Assembly (NCBI GenBank): GCA_934476235.1 | Contig: CAKSNL010000005.1 | Location: forward strand, 40,989-104,988 | Direction of reading: 5' to 3' | Source: an uncultured Clostridia bacterium | Lineage (GTDB): Bacteria; Bacillota; Clostridia; CAKSNL01; HGM11501 | Length of the DNA stretch: 64,000 nt | Shown: piece by piece, positions 1 to 10,874 of the stretch | How the letters are laid out: each line of letters starts with the position of its first letter | How positions within the stretch are numbered: position 1 is the stretch's first letter | Translations under genes and position numbers: made by a program | Notes under the pieces: generated by a model | What the model was told of the DNA's origin: nothing | The model's input: only the letters and a program-made list of their open reading frames with translations | Databases searched by the model: none

Positions 1-2
1 TA

Positions 3-956
3 ATGAAAGCGCCGAATTCAGACATCATGAATTCGCTTGCCAGAAGCGTTCTGACGCTTTATTCATACGATAAGAGCGCAAACGATTTAAGCGTGGAAAA
101 CGTAATGGGACAGTGCATAAACTTAATTTCGGTTTTTCCGATGCTTTCTGTCTATGCTTATCAGGCGTACAGGCATTACGGGCTCGGAAAGGGGCTTTAT
201 ATTCACCGTCCGAGCAGTAAACTTTCAACTGCGGAGAATTTCCTAAGGATGCTCCGCCCGGATAAGGAATTTTCTAATCTTGAGGCAAAGCTTTTGGATA
301 TGGCCTTGGTGCTTCATGCGGAGCACGGAGGAGGTAATAACTCAACATTTACGACTCATGTCGTTACCTCGTCGGGAACGGACACGTATTCGTCGACCGC
401 GGCGTCGCTCTGCTCGCTTAAGGGACCCAAGCACGGCGGTGCAAACATAAAGGTCAAAAAAATGTTTGAGGATATTAAAAAGAATGTGAAGCACTGGAAT
501 TCGGAATCCGAGATCCGCGATTATCTTGTGAAGATACTTGAGAAGAAGGCGTTTGACAATGCCGGGCTTATATACGGTATGGGTCACGCAGTGTATTCGC
601 TTTCTGACCCCAGAGCCGAGATTTTCAAGTCGTTTGTCGCACCTCTTTCAAAAGATAAGGGCAGAGAGGACGAATTTGAACTTTATAAATCCGTTGCAAG
701 GCTGGCAACGGAGGTTATCGGAGAAAAGAGAAAAATATATAAAGGCGTCAGTCCGAACGTCGATTTTTATTCGGGTTTCGTGTATTCGATGCTTGATATT
801 CCGGACGAGCTTTATACTCCGCTTTTCGCGATTTCGCGAATCGCCGGCTGGAGTGCGCACAGGCTTGAGGAGATAATAAACGCGGGAAAGATAATAAGAC
901 CGGCATATAAGTCCGTTGCAGAACAAAAAGATTACGTCCGCCTCAAAGAAAGATAA
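3..956 (+). CDS. citrate synthase, C-terminal part (real 5' end lies outside the window)
   Basis: The translation has citrate-synthase blocks (LHAEHGGGNNSTF, GMGHAVY, DFYSG, SRIAGW). They sit too close to the ORF start for a full-length enzyme, so the first in-window ATG is not the true start. Confidence 0.85.
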   Translation: MKAPNSDIMNSLARSVLTLYSYDKSANDLSVENVMGQCINLISVFPMLSVYAYQAYRHYGLGKGLYIHRPSSKLSTAENFLRMLRPDKEFSNLEAKLLDMALVLHAEHGGGNNSTFTTHVVTSSGTDTYSSTAASLCSLKGPKHGGANIKVKKMFEDIKKNVKHWNSESEIRDYLVKILEKKAFDNAGLIYGMGHAVYSLSDPRAEIFKSFVAPLSKDKGREDEFELYKSVARLATEVIGEKRKIYKGVSPNVDFYSGFVYSMLDIPDELYTPLFAISRIAGWSAHRLEEIINAGKIIRPAYKSVAEQKDYVRLKER

Positions 957-985
957 AAAAACCGACCGCTATGCGGTCGGTTTTT
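955..985. terminator. bidirectional intrinsic terminator between convergent citrate synthase and ACT genes
   Basis: ACCGACCGC-TAT-GCGGTCGGT hairpin flanked by an A-run (5') and a T-run (3'). Confidence 0.75.
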
Positions 986-998
986 GTTATTGTTATTA

Positions 999-1418
999 TT
1001 ATTTAAAATCCTCTTCGCTTATGTGGTCGATTCCGTTTGTTTTTAATACCTCGCGGGCCTTGTCTCCGTCCTCAAATCTAAAGACTGCGAAGGCACCGGA
1101 TTTTGTGATAGCCTCAAAGGCGTACATATACTCTATGTTTATGTTTTCCTTATCAAGAAGGCTTAGCACCGCTCCGAGACCGCCGATCTCGTTCTTTATC
1201 GGAACGACTGTGACGTTTGTTATTGAGGCGATAACGCCGTTTGATTTTAAGGCGTCAAGCGCTTTTTTGGAGTCGCTCACGATCATTCTGAGTATGCCGT
1301 ACTCGGCAGTGTCCGCAAGTGTCATTGCCTTTATGTCAATTGAGCTTTCCTTAAAAAGATCCGTGATGTAGGAAAGAGAGCCCTTGGAGTTTTCTATAAA
1401 TGCTGAGATCTGTTTCAT
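999..1418 (-). CDS. ACT domain-containing protein
   Basis: 139-aa ORF with two ACT-like halves. It lies 18 nt downstream of the phenylacetate-CoA ligase gene, a pairing typical of anaerobes. Confidence 0.6.
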   Translation of the reverse strand: MKQISAFIENSKGSLSYITDLFKESSIDIKAMTLADTAEYGILRMIVSDSKKALDALKSNGVIASITNVTVVPIKNEIGGLGAVLSLLDKENINIEYMYAFEAITKSGAFAVFRFEDGDKAREVLKTNGIDHISEEDFK

Positions 1419-1436
1419 AAATTAATCCTCCTTTTA

Positions 1437-2738
1437 TCAGTGAAGCTTGCGCTTATCGATAACTCTTACCGCCTTGCCTTCGCTTCGCTGTATTGATTTC
1501 GGGTCTACAAGGTGGATCTTCGGGCTTATGCCGAGCATGTCGCGCATAGCGGATTCCAATTTGTGTTCCTTTAATGTTATGCCCTTAACGGTATCGGAGA
1601 AATTGTCGGGCGAAAGCTCAACATTAACGTCAAACGTGTCGTTGTTGCTTTCACGGTCAACAATAATCTGATAGTTGGGCGAATAGCCTTCGTTTAAGAG
1701 GACGGTCTCTATCTGCGACGGGAAGACGTTGACACCGCGGATGATAAGCATATCGTCGCTTCTGCCCAAAGGCTTGCACATCTTTATATGCGTTCTGCCG
1801 CACGGGCATTTTTCTCTTGAGAGCACGCAGATATCTCTTGTGCGGTATCTTAAGAGCGGGAACGCCTCCTTATCAAGACTTGTGAAAACAAGCTCGCCGC
1901 GTGAGCCCTCGGGGAGAACCTCGCAGGTATCGGGATCGATAATCTCTGCATAGAAGTGGTCCTCGTTTATGTGCATACCTGTCTGCGCGCTGCACTCAAA
2001 GGCAACGCCGGGACCGCTTGTCTCGGTAAGTCCGTAAATGTCATAAGCCTTGATGCCGAGCGACGCTTCGATATCGCGGCGCATTTCCTCGGTCCAGGGC
2101 TCTGCACCGAAAATGCCTGCCTTTAAAGAATTGTCAGAAGGCGTATAGCCGTGCTCCTTTAGCGCCTCTCCGATATATGCCGCGTACGACGGAGTGCAGC
2201 AAAGTATGGTTGACTTTAAGTCCATCATAAACTGAATCTGTCTGTCTGTATTTCCGGACGACATGGGCACGGTCAGACATCCAACCTTGTGCGAGCCGCC
2301 GTTTAATCCGGCGCCGCCTGTGAAAAGACCGAAGCCGTACGCAATCTGGCAAACATCCTCACGGCTTCCGCCTGCGGCAACGATCGCTCTTGCGCAGCAG
2401 TCCTCCCAAAGGTCAATATCGTGCCGGGTGTAATATGCGATAACTCTCTTTCCGGTCGTTCCGGAGGTGGAGTGAATTCTCACACAGTCGGAAAGCGGCA
2501 CGGCTAAAAATCCGTAAGGATAAGTGTACCTGAGGTCTGACTTTGACGTGAACGGGAGCTTTTTGATATCCTCCGTCCCGTGAATATCCGAAGGCTTTAC
2601 GCCCATTTTATCCATCAGGTCTTTATAATAAGGCACATTGTCATAAACATGCTGTACCTGGCGCACGATCTTTTCAGACTGCATTTTCTTTATTTCATCC
2701 GCCGGCATTGTTTCTATTTCAGGCTGGAAGTAATTCAT
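1437..2738 (-). CDS. paaK: phenylacetate--CoA ligase (adenylate-forming)
   Basis: 433-aa ORF with PaaK-family features: N-terminal YFQPEIETM...E, an STSGTTGK AMP-binding loop and a C-terminal VIDKR. Confidence 0.85.
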   Translation of the reverse strand: MNYFQPEIETMPADEIKKMQSEKIVRQVQHVYDNVPYYKDLMDKMGVKPSDIHGTEDIKKLPFTSKSDLRYTYPYGFLAVPLSDCVRIHSTSGTTGKRVIAYYTRHDIDLWEDCCARAIVAAGGSREDVCQIAYGFGLFTGGAGLNGGSHKVGCLTVPMSSGNTDRQIQFMMDLKSTILCCTPSYAAYIGEALKEHGYTPSDNSLKAGIFGAEPWTEEMRRDIEASLGIKAYDIYGLTETSGPGVAFECSAQTGMHINEDHFYAEIIDPDTCEVLPEGSRGELVFTSLDKEAFPLLRYRTRDICVLSREKCPCGRTHIKMCKPLGRSDDMLIIRGVNVFPSQIETVLLNEGYSPNYQIIVDRESNNDTFDVNVELSPDNFSDTVKGITLKEHKLESAMRDMLGISPKIHLVDPKSIQRSEGKAVRVIDKRKLH

Positions 2739-2771
2739 GAGATAACCTCTTTTCGGAATGTGTTTTCTTTA

Positions 2772-2800
2772 AGTATAATTAAAAAAAGAAGATTTGTCAA
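2772..2800 (-). promoter_or_regulatory. putative sigma-A promoter for paaK-ACT
   Basis: On the minus strand, TTGACA - 17 nt - TATACT lies about 35 nt upstream of the paaK start. Confidence 0.45.
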
Positions 2801-2861
2801 TGTTTCGGCACATTTTCATTACTGTTGAATAAAGCATATGTCACGTTTTTTTCAAAAAATA

Positions 2862-2890
2862 TTGAAAAAGTCGAAAAATAATGGTATAAT
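2862..2890 (+). promoter_or_regulatory. putative sigma-A promoter with extended -10
   Basis: TTGAAA - 17 nt - TGgTATAAT, about 37 nt upstream of the GTG start at 2927. Confidence 0.5.
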
Positions 2891-2926
2891 ACACTCATAC
2901 TTATTTCCGAAGGGGATGACGGGATA

Positions 2927-4036
2927 GTGGAAAGCACGGTGAAATTAAACCCGACAGTATGCGTTGTCAAAGATACATATCAGATCATGGTGACGGCGGA
3001 AGAAGAGGCGCTTATAAGCGTTAAGGTCAACGGCAGGACCTATTATAACCACAGCAACGGGATAAGGATATCTTCTCCCGGAGTCCACAGATTTTACGTT
3101 CCGGAAAAGGAGCTTGACGAGGCGAAGGAATACACGGTCGTTTCGGAGAAAATGATCGAGAGACTTCCTTATTTTCCGAAAACAGAGCCTCCGGTCGAGA
3201 GAACCTATAAATTCAGACCGATTGAGAAGACCGAGAATATAAATATATATCACCTTGCGGATGTGCACGGGCTTTATTCAGAGGCGGTAAGCATTGCAAA
3301 AAACTGCGGTGAAAAAATTGATTTACTTATAATGAACGGCGACATTGCTCCGTCGTCGGACACTGTCGGCGACATCACTCTTTGTTATAAAATAGCCTCC
3401 GAGGTAACGGGGGGAGAGATTCCCTGCATTATTTCAAGAGGGAATCACGACTTAAGGGGACTGATGGCTGAAAAGCTCGCGGATTATATGCCGGGCGATA
3501 ACAAAAAGTCCTATTATACCTTCAGGGTCGGATGTATCTGGGGCATACTGGTCGATACCGGAGAGGACAAGGACGACGGTCATCCCGAATACGGAAACAC
3601 CGTCTGCTGCCACGATTTTCGGCTTGAACAGGAAAAGATGATAGAAAAAACCATAGAAAATGCGCCTTCGGAATACGAAAGCGACAGCGTTAAATATAAA
3701 CTTGTGATATCGCATGTGCCGTTCACATTCAGGCGGAATCCTCCGTTTGACATTGAAAAGCCGCTTTTTTCAAGCTGGTCAAAGCTCATAAAGGAAAATA
3801 TGCATCCGGACCTTATGCTTTGCGGGCACACGCATGAAGCGTGCATAAGCGAGTGCGGGAGCGAGGTTGACGAGCTCGGTCAGCCGTGCACGGTCATTGT
3901 CGGGTCGGACCTTGGCAAGGATGAAGAAGGAAGAGCAGCGCTTGCCGGGGCGCTTATAAAGCTCGGTAGAGACTCGGCACACGTTATAATTAATTCGGAG
4001 CATAAAATATTGCTTGAAGACACGGTAAGGTTTTAA
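2927..4036 (+). CDS. metallophosphoesterase (calcineurin-like phosphoesterase)
   Basis: Metallophosphoesterase motifs are present (LADVHG, NGDI, GNHD, GHTH). GTG start, 7 nt after the AAGGGGATGA RBS. Confidence 0.75.
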   Translation: MESTVKLNPTVCVVKDTYQIMVTAEEEALISVKVNGRTYYNHSNGIRISSPGVHRFYVPEKELDEAKEYTVVSEKMIERLPYFPKTEPPVERTYKFRPIEKTENINIYHLADVHGLYSEAVSIAKNCGEKIDLLIMNGDIAPSSDTVGDITLCYKIASEVTGGEIPCIISRGNHDLRGLMAEKLADYMPGDNKKSYYTFRVGCIWGILVDTGEDKDDGHPEYGNTVCCHDFRLEQEKMIEKTIENAPSEYESDSVKYKLVISHVPFTFRRNPPFDIEKPLFSSWSKLIKENMHPDLMLCGHTHEACISECGSEVDELGQPCTVIVGSDLGKDEEGRAALAGALIKLGRDSAHVIINSEHKILLEDTVRF

Positions 4037-4068
4037 TATAACACCGCCACTACACGGGAGGATTTTAC

Positions 4069-5736
4069 TTGAACGCAAGAAAATGGATATTTAAGGATGA
4101 AAATAACGATCCTCTTATAACAGAGAAGCTGTCCGAGGAGTTAGACTGCGGGAGAATTCTGGCATCGGTCATGCAATCAAGAGGAATAAAAACGGCTGAT
4201 GAGGCAAAAACGTTCCTTTTTTCCGGGGATGAGGAGAATGACCCTTATCTTCTGCCGGATCTGGAGCTTGCGTTAAACCGCATAAAAATTGCGCGCTCCA
4301 AGGGCGAGAGGGTATGCGTTTACGGAGATTATGACGCGGACGGAATTACCGCCTCGGTCATTATGATGTACACACTAAAAAAACTCGGTATAGACGCGTT
4401 TTGCTACCTGCCTGACAGGAAAGAGGACGGATATTCTCTTAATAAAAGAGCTATTGATATTATACATGAAAAAGGCACCGGTCTTATAATAACTGTTGAC
4501 TGCGGGATTTCGTGCAGAGAGGAAACCTCTTATGCCGAAAAAAAGGGGATTGACGTTATAATTACCGACCATCACAATTGCCCGGAACAGCTGCCCGAAT
4601 GTATCGCAGTGATAGACCCGAAAAGAGCGGACGGAAAGTATCCGTTTAATCAGCTTTCGGGTGCGGGAGTTGCATATAAGCTTGCGAAGGTGCTTATCGG
4701 CGATGAGGCAAAAAGACTTTCGGAATTTGCGGCGATCGGAACCGTTGCCGATGTTGTAAGCCTCACCGGCGAAAACAGAAGCATCGTTAAAGAGGGACTT
4801 TCTGTCATCAACGATTCGCCGTCCTTCGGCGTTTCGGCGCTTTTGGCTTCCGCTTCAAAGGGCGCAGAAGTCTTGTCTGAGACCTTGGCGTTTATTTTGG
4901 CACCGAGAATAAATTCCGCAGGGAGAATGAAAAACGCTTATATCGCCTATGACCTTCTTACTGCAGAGAACCCGGAGAAGGCAAACATCCTTGCTTCGGA
5001 GCTTAACGCATTAAACAGGGAGCGCCAGAGCGAGGAACAGAAGATATTTTCATCTGCGGTCGAAATAATAAAAAGAGATTCGCTTGCCGAGGACGATGTC
5101 ATCGTTGTCGGCGGCGATAACTGGAGCGTCGGGGTCATCGGAATTGTTGCGTCAAAAATCACCGAGGCGGCAAATAAGCCGTCCGTCGTTATTTCGTATG
5201 ACGGCTCGACCGGAAAGTGCTCCGGAAGAAGCATCGAAGGCTTTGACCTTTATAATGCCCTGGAAGGGTCAAAGGACTCTTTGGTAAGCTTCGGCGGGCA
5301 CAGTCTTGCGGCGGGCGCAGTCATCGAAAAAGAAAACGAGGATAAGTTCAGAAAAGCAATAAACGCGTACGCCGAGGCAAACCTTTCCGATGAGGACAGA
5401 GTAAGAAAAATATATATTGACGCGAAAATAGAACCGCATGATATAACGGTTCAAAACATTGAAAAGCTTTCTTTGCTGGAGCCGACGGGAGCGGAGAACG
5501 CAAAGCCGGTTTTAGCCTTCATAAATGCAAAAATAACGGATATGAAGCTTTTGAGCGAGGGAAAGCATTTAAAGCTCACGGTTGAAAAGGACGGATTTAA
5601 ACTTGACGCGGTAAAGTTTAATATCGGTTCGGCGGCGAAAAAGCTATACACGGGAAAAAGCGTGCATCTGGCGGGCAGCATAGGAATCAACGACTATAAC
5701 GGCAGACCGCAGCTTATAATAAAAGACATACTGTAG
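4069..5736 (+). CDS. recJ: single-stranded-DNA-specific exonuclease RecJ
   Basis: DHH-family motifs ([19 protein letters not shown]) and a DHHA1 region (GGHSLAAG). TTG start after a GGGAGG RBS. recJ-apt-rel synteny supports the call. Confidence 0.9.
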   Translation: MNARKWIFKDENNDPLITEKLSEELDCGRILASVMQSRGIKTADEAKTFLFSGDEENDPYLLPDLELALNRIKIARSKGERVCVYGDYDADGITASVIMMYTLKKLGIDAFCYLPDRKEDGYSLNKRAIDIIHEKGTGLIITVDCGISCREETSYAEKKGIDVIITDHHNCPEQLPECIAVIDPKRADGKYPFNQLSGAGVAYKLAKVLIGDEAKRLSEFAAIGTVADVVSLTGENRSIVKEGLSVINDSPSFGVSALLASASKGAEVLSETLAFILAPRINSAGRMKNAYIAYDLLTAENPEKANILASELNALNRERQSEEQKIFSSAVEIIKRDSLAEDDVIVVGGDNWSVGVIGIVASKITEAANKPSVVISYDGSTGKCSGRSIEGFDLYNALEGSKDSLVSFGGHSLAAGAVIEKENEDKFRKAINAYAEANLSDEDRVRKIYIDAKIEPHDITVQNIEKLSLLEPTGAENAKPVLAFINAKITDMKLLSEGKHLKLTVEKDGFKLDAVKFNIGSAAKKLYTGKSVHLAGSIGINDYNGRPQLIIKDIL

Positions 5737-5747
5737 GAGGAAGAACA

Positions 5748-6266
5748 ATGGATCTTAAAGAAAAATTCCGTCATGTAAAGGACTTTCCGAAGGAAGGAAT
5801 AGACTTTATTGACATTACAACTGTTTTATCGGACGGCGAGGCTTTTAAAGAAGCTATCGACTCTCTGGCAGAAAAAGCAAAAATGAGCGGATGTAACGTT
5901 ATCGTGGGCAGTGAGGCGCGCGGATTTATTGTCGGCGCTCCGGTTGCGTATAAGCTCGGAATCGGGTTCGTTCCGGTCAGAAAAAAGGGCAAGCTCCCTT
6001 ATAAAACGATAAGCGGGACATACGATCTTGAGTACGGCACGGACACACTCGAAATGCATGTTGACGCGGTTAAAAAAGGCGATAAGGCGCTTATTGTTGA
6101 CGACCTTATAGCGACCGGCGGAACGGTCGGATGCATTGCCGATATGATAGAAAAGCTCGGTGCTGAGGTTTCGGGAGCGCTTTTCTTAGTTGAGCTTAAG
6201 GAGCTTGACGGGCGAAAAAAGCTTGAGGATAAGGGGATAAAGGTTACTTCCGCGGTTGAGATATAA
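5748..6266 (+). CDS. apt: adenine phosphoribosyltransferase
   Basis: 172 aa with the PRPP-binding motif [13 protein letters not shown] and the conserved N-terminal [12 protein letters not shown]. Confidence 0.92.
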   Translation: MDLKEKFRHVKDFPKEGIDFIDITTVLSDGEAFKEAIDSLAEKAKMSGCNVIVGSEARGFIVGAPVAYKLGIGFVPVRKKGKLPYKTISGTYDLEYGTDTLEMHVDAVKKGDKALIVDDLIATGGTVGCIADMIEKLGAEVSGALFLVELKELDGRKKLEDKGIKVTSAVEI

Positions 6267-6293
6267 TTGCTTTCAAAAGGAGCGTAGCAAACT

Positions 6294-8486
6294 ATGCAGG
6301 CAAACGAAACAACATATGAAAAATTGCTTGAAAACGTAAAAAAATATATGCCGGACACGTCGCTTGTGGAAAGGGCTTATAAATATGCCGAGGAGGCGCA
6401 TAAGGCTCAGAAGCGGAATTCGGGCGAGGCGTATATCGTTCACCCCGTCGGCGTTGCAATAATTTTGTCCGAGCTTGAAATGGACTCAGAGTGTGTTGCG
6501 GCGGGTCTTTTGCACGACGTTATAGAGGACGTTGAAAAGGACAACTACAACACCATTAAAAACGAGTTTGGCTCTGTTATTGCCGACCTTGTCGAGGGTG
6601 TTACCAAGCTTGATAAGATTCCGTTCGTTTCGAACGAGCAGCGCCAGATCGAAAACGTCAGAAAGATGTTTTTCGCCATGGCGTCCGATATCAGGGTTAT
6701 AATAATCAAGCTTGCGGACAGACTGCACAATATGCGCACGCTCATGTATATGCCCGAAGAAAAGCAGAGGCGTATCGCAAAGGAAACGCTTGACGTTTAC
6801 GCGCCGCTTGCCCACAGGCTCGGTCTTCAGCGCATAAAATGGGAGCTTGAGGATCTGTCGCTTAAATACCTTGATTCCGTGGCATACTATGAAATAGCCG
6901 ACTCCGTGCACATGAAAAAGCAGGAACGCGAGGAGTATGTCAACGAGATAATCAGACTTTTTGAAAAAAAGCTTGCCGACATGCACATTGAAGGCGAGAT
7001 AATGGGCAGGGTAAAGCATTATTACAGTATCTACAGAAAAATGTTCACCCAGGGCAAGACGATTGACGAAATATATGACCTTTTCGCGATCAGAATCATA
7101 GTGAACGACGTGAATGACTGCTATGCCGCGCTCGGCATGGTGCATGAGATGTTCACACCGATTCCCGGGCGCGTCAAGGACTATATCGCGATGCCGAAGC
7201 CTAATATGTATCAGTCGCTTCATACCACGCTCATCGGTCCCAAGGGATATCCGTTTGAGGTGCAGATAAGAACATGGCAGATGCATAAAATAGCCGAAAA
7301 CGGTATCGCCGCGCACTGGAAGTATAAAGAGGGCAAGACCGGGGAGAAGACGGACGATTACGACAAGAAGCTTGCATGGGTGCGGGATATGCTCGAGATC
7401 CAGAAGGATATGACTGACAGCACCGATTTTTACAATATGTTAAAGATCGACATGTTTTCCGATGAGGTGTTTGTATTCACACCCAAGGGCGAGGTCATAA
7501 GCCTTCCGGCGGGAGCCACGCCCGTTGACCTTGCCTTTGCGATTCACAGTGCCGTCGGCTATAAAATGACGGGGGCGAAGGTAAATTCGAAAATCGTTCC
7601 CATTGACTATAAGCTTCAGAACGGCGACATCGTGGAGATTTTAACCGGCAGCGTCGAAAAAGGTCCGAAGCTTGACTGGATCAAGATTTGCAAAACAACA
7701 TCGGCAAAGAACAAGATAAACCAGTGGTTTAAAAGAGAACAGCGTGAAAGCAACATAATAAAGGGCAAGGAGCTTATTGAAAAAGAGATAAAGAGGCTCG
7801 GGCTTGCCGCAGGCGAAGTATTAAACCACGGCTTTTTTGAGCAGATGCTAAAAAAATTCAATTATAACTCGGCGGACGATATGTATGTCAGCGTGGCAAA
7901 TAACGCGATAACACCCATGCGTATTGTGCAGAGGCTCATTGACTTTAACACGGAGCTTAAGAACAGGATAGCCGAGGCGGAGGCGGCTGAAAAGCTTGCC
8001 CAGCAGCAGAAGGCGGCAGCAAGGAAAAAGAGCCGCTCCGGAAACGGTATCATAGTTAAAGGCGAAGAAAACCTTCTTGCCCGCCTGTCCAAGTGCTGCA
8101 ACCCCGTGCCGGGAGATGACATAGTCGGATTTATAACGCGCGGACGCGGAGTTTCCGTTCACAGAAGGGACTGCGTGAACGTCAATCCCGACCTTTTGGG
8201 GGAGGACGAAAAGAGCAGGCTTATAGAGTGCGAGTGGGACACTGACGGCGGAGAAGTATTTGAGTGCAATCTTTTAATCAAAGCCTCCGACAGACAGGGA
8301 CTCTTAGCTGACGTTACGGCGGCACTTTCAGAGCTTAAGCTCCAGATAGCGTCGCTTAACGCCGCAAACAAGAATAATGTCGCGAGCGTGGCAATAACGG
8401 TAAATATAAACGATAAATCTCAGATAGCTTCCATCGTGAGAAAGCTTCACACGATTCCGGGAGTGTTTGACGTAATAAGGGCGTGA
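6294..8486 (+). CDS. relA: bifunctional (p)ppGpp synthetase/hydrolase (RSH family)
   Basis: 730 aa with an HD hydrolase domain (HPVGVA...HDVIED), a synthetase domain (YRSLHT-like QSLHTT), and TGS and C-terminal ACT regions. Confidence 0.93.
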   Translation: MQANETTYEKLLENVKKYMPDTSLVERAYKYAEEAHKAQKRNSGEAYIVHPVGVAIILSELEMDSECVAAGLLHDVIEDVEKDNYNTIKNEFGSVIADLVEGVTKLDKIPFVSNEQRQIENVRKMFFAMASDIRVIIIKLADRLHNMRTLMYMPEEKQRRIAKETLDVYAPLAHRLGLQRIKWELEDLSLKYLDSVAYYEIADSVHMKKQEREEYVNEIIRLFEKKLADMHIEGEIMGRVKHYYSIYRKMFTQGKTIDEIYDLFAIRIIVNDVNDCYAALGMVHEMFTPIPGRVKDYIAMPKPNMYQSLHTTLIGPKGYPFEVQIRTWQMHKIAENGIAAHWKYKEGKTGEKTDDYDKKLAWVRDMLEIQKDMTDSTDFYNMLKIDMFSDEVFVFTPKGEVISLPAGATPVDLAFAIHSAVGYKMTGAKVNSKIVPIDYKLQNGDIVEILTGSVEKGPKLDWIKICKTTSAKNKINQWFKREQRESNIIKGKELIEKEIKRLGLAAGEVLNHGFFEQMLKKFNYNSADDMYVSVANNAITPMRIVQRLIDFNTELKNRIAEAEAAEKLAQQQKAAARKKSRSGNGIIVKGEENLLARLSKCCNPVPGDDIVGFITRGRGVSVHRRDCVNVNPDLLGEDEKSRLIECEWDTDGGEVFECNLLIKASDRQGLLADVTAALSELKLQIASLNAANKNNVASVAITVNINDKSQIASIVRKLHTIPGVFDVIRA

Positions 8487-9094
8487 CGAAAATGGAAATA
8501 AAAAGACTTTTTGTAGGAAATCTTCACACGAATTGCTATATTATAACGTGCGGGGAAGAAACGTGCGTAATAGATCCCGGCGACGAGTGCGAAAAAATAC
8601 TGGCGCATACGGTCGGGAAAAACGTAACGAAAATTCTTTTGACTCACGGGCATTTTGACCATATCATGGCGGCTGACAGCTTAAGGAAAGCGACCGGCGC
8701 GAAAATTTATGTGAGCCGCGAGGACGAGCCGATGTTAAAAAATCCGAATATAAATTTATATTTTGATTTCAATCACACAAATGATGGGTTCATTTCTTTT
8801 GATGCGGACGAAATTTACGCTGACACCGTAACGGTCGGAGATACGGAGTTTGAGATAATCAAAACACCCGGACATTCAAACGGCAGTATCTGCCTTTATG
8901 CGGATAAGGAGCTTATTTCGGGCGATACGCTTTTTGCCGGGGCGATAGGCAGGACCGACTACGGAAGCTATGATGAGATCATGCGCTCGGTATGGCATCT
9001 CATGCTTTTGGATGACGATGTGAGGGTTCATCCCGGTCACGGATTTTCGACGACGATCGGTACGGAGCGCAACGAAAATCCGTTCCTGAGGTAA
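8483..9094 (+). CDS. MBL-fold metallo-hydrolase
   Basis: THGHFDH metal-binding motif. 203 aa. The start overlaps the rel stop by 4 nt. Confidence 0.8.
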   Translation: MTKMEIKRLFVGNLHTNCYIITCGEETCVIDPGDECEKILAHTVGKNVTKILLTHGHFDHIMAADSLRKATGAKIYVSREDEPMLKNPNINLYFDFNHTNDGFISFDADEIYADTVTVGDTEFEIIKTPGHSNGSICLYADKELISGDTLFAGAIGRTDYGSYDEIMRSVWHLMLLDDDVRVHPGHGFSTTIGTERNENPFLR

Positions 9095-9097
9095 ATT

Positions 9098-10495
9098 ATG
9101 AGGATTGAAACTCTGAATCATACCGACAGATATTCTGTCGAACAGATATGCACGCTTTTCTTCCTGCCGGATGAGGAGGGAAGCGTGACTTCTTTTTACG
9201 ATGCCGATAAAAAAACGGTTGTTACGGACGCGGAGGTTTTGGGAAAAACGTCACGGGGAGAGTATCCGGCGGACATTTCTGACATGGCGGAATTTAAGAA
9301 CTCCGTGAAAAAGTCGGCATTTTCGGCACTTGGACAGCTTTCCGGCGCCAAAACGCCGTGGGGCATACTCACCGGGATAAGACCGGCAAAGTTTTTCCTG
9401 AATCTTTTGCATAATCACTCTTTTTCCGAGGCTGAAAAGATACTTTCGGAAAAATACTGGGTCAGCGATGAAAAAATAAAGCTCTGCACCGCGGTGGCGC
9501 GAAAGGAAGAAAAAATACTGTCCGGAGTCGGGAAAAACGATGTCGGAATATATATAGGAATTCCGTTTTGCCCGACGAGGTGCGCCTACTGTTCTTTTAT
9601 AACCGAAGCGTCCGGAGTATATAAAAAATATATCCCGGAGTACGAGGAGGCGCTTGAAAAGGAAGTCGCGGCAATGGCAAAAGCGGTCCGCGATAACGGC
9701 TTTTCGGTGAATTCCGTCTATATAGGCGGCGGAACGCCGCCCGCGCTCGGCGAAAAGCTTTTGGAAAAGCTTATCTTAAGAGTGCAGAACGAAATTTCGG
9801 CAGACGGCATTGAATTCACCGTCGAAGCGGGAAGACCGGATGTGACGGATGACGGACTTCTTAAAATGCTTTCCGAAAGAAAGGTTGGCAGAATCTGCAT
9901 AAATCCGCAGACGATGAACGACGAAACGCTTAAAAAAATCGGGCGCCGCCACACCGCGAAGGACACCGAAAGAGCGTTTGAAACCGCGAGAAAATACGGG
10001 TTTGACAATATAAATTCGGACATCATAGCGGGACTGCCCGGGGAAACGCCGGAAATGTTTTCCTATACGCTTGAGAAAATCAAAGAGCTTTCGCCGGAAG
10101 AGGTGACGGTTCACACCATGTATTTAAAGCGCGCGTCGCAAATCAAGAAGGACGGATTCTATGCCGATCCCGAAGCTGCCGAAAAAATGGTGTCACTCTC
10201 TTACAAATTTGCAAAAGAAGAGGGCTATGAGCCTTATTACATGTATAAACAGAGAAACACCGTCGGCAATCTCGAAAACACCGGATACGCAAAGGACGGC
10301 AAGGAATCTGTCTATAACGTGTGCATGATGGAGGAAACGAACACCATCATAGCGTGCGGAGCGGGCGCTTCGACAAAGCTTGTCGGAAAAAGCGTTGAGA
10401 GAATTTATAATACTAAAGATGTCATTGCATATATAAAGGACATTGATGCAATAATAAAAAATAAGTCGGAAAGAATAGCGGCAAGTAATATTTAA
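9098..10495 (+). CDS. hemZ: radical SAM coproporphyrinogen dehydrogenase-like protein HemZ
   Basis: CxxxCxxC cluster (CPTRCAYCSF) and HemN-like core, with the long N-terminal extension typical of HemZ. Confidence 0.75.
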   Translation: MRIETLNHTDRYSVEQICTLFFLPDEEGSVTSFYDADKKTVVTDAEVLGKTSRGEYPADISDMAEFKNSVKKSAFSALGQLSGAKTPWGILTGIRPAKFFLNLLHNHSFSEAEKILSEKYWVSDEKIKLCTAVARKEEKILSGVGKNDVGIYIGIPFCPTRCAYCSFITEASGVYKKYIPEYEEALEKEVAAMAKAVRDNGFSVNSVYIGGGTPPALGEKLLEKLILRVQNEISADGIEFTVEAGRPDVTDDGLLKMLSERKVGRICINPQTMNDETLKKIGRRHTAKDTERAFETARKYGFDNINSDIIAGLPGETPEMFSYTLEKIKELSPEEVTVHTMYLKRASQIKKDGFYADPEAAEKMVSLSYKFAKEEGYEPYYMYKQRNTVGNLENTGYAKDGKESVYNVCMMEETNTIIACGAGASTKLVGKSVERIYNTKDVIAYIKDIDAIIKNKSERIAASNI

Positions 10496-10528
10496 TAAAA
10501 TTTTAACAAAATATTTTCTGATTTTATG

Positions 10529-10557
10529 TAGACAAAATGTAAAGACGGGTATATAAT
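10529..10557 (+). promoter_or_regulatory. putative sigma-A promoter
   Basis: TAGACA - 17 nt - TATAAT, upstream of the 96-aa ORF. Confidence 0.35.
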
Positions 10558-10583
10558 ATGTAAAAAGGAAAGGCAGTGAAATT

Positions 10584-10874
10584 ATGGAAATAAATATGGA
10601 TAAAATAAAAGACGGTCTTGACAAAGCGGCGGTTTATACTGTTAAGACGACGGGAAAGGTCGTTTCTCTCGCAAAGCTTAATCTTAAAAAGACGGAGCTC
10701 AGAGGAAAGATTGACGACGGATATAAAAAGCTCGGAAAGCTCATTTACGAAAACTCGGGCGATGAGGGGCAGGAGGATGTCGTTTTAAAGCTTGACGCAA
10801 TCAAGGCGGAGCTTGACGGATACATGACTGAGTTAAAAGAGTGCGATGAAGGCATAGAAGCTTATAAAGACTGA
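10584..10874 (+). CDS. hypothetical small coiled-coil protein (96 aa)
   Basis: Charged, heptad-like sequence with no recognisable motif. It has an RBS (AAGGAAAGG) and is followed by the hairpin GAGGCAGAG-N8-CTCTGCCTC at 10881-10906. Confidence 0.45.
   Translation: MEINMDKIKDGLDKAAVYTVKTTGKVVSLAKLNLKKTELRGKIDDGYKKLGKLIYENSGDEGQEDVVLKLDAIKAELDGYMTELKECDEGIEAYKD

Noticed and set aside
6486-7316. 276-aa ORF antisense to rel. Similar long antisense ORFs occur at 15425-16159 (dnaB), 18630-19223 (ftsH), 42399-43211 (recX/rimO), 43549-44442 (rimO/pgsA), 56133-56732 (metY), 58863-59477 (CE15) and 28967-29563 (mutS2).
   Set aside because: Each lies entirely opposite a gene with unmistakable conserved motifs. 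Their translations are low-complexity or R/S/F-rich with no motifs, and none has an RBS. They are typical shadow ORFs.
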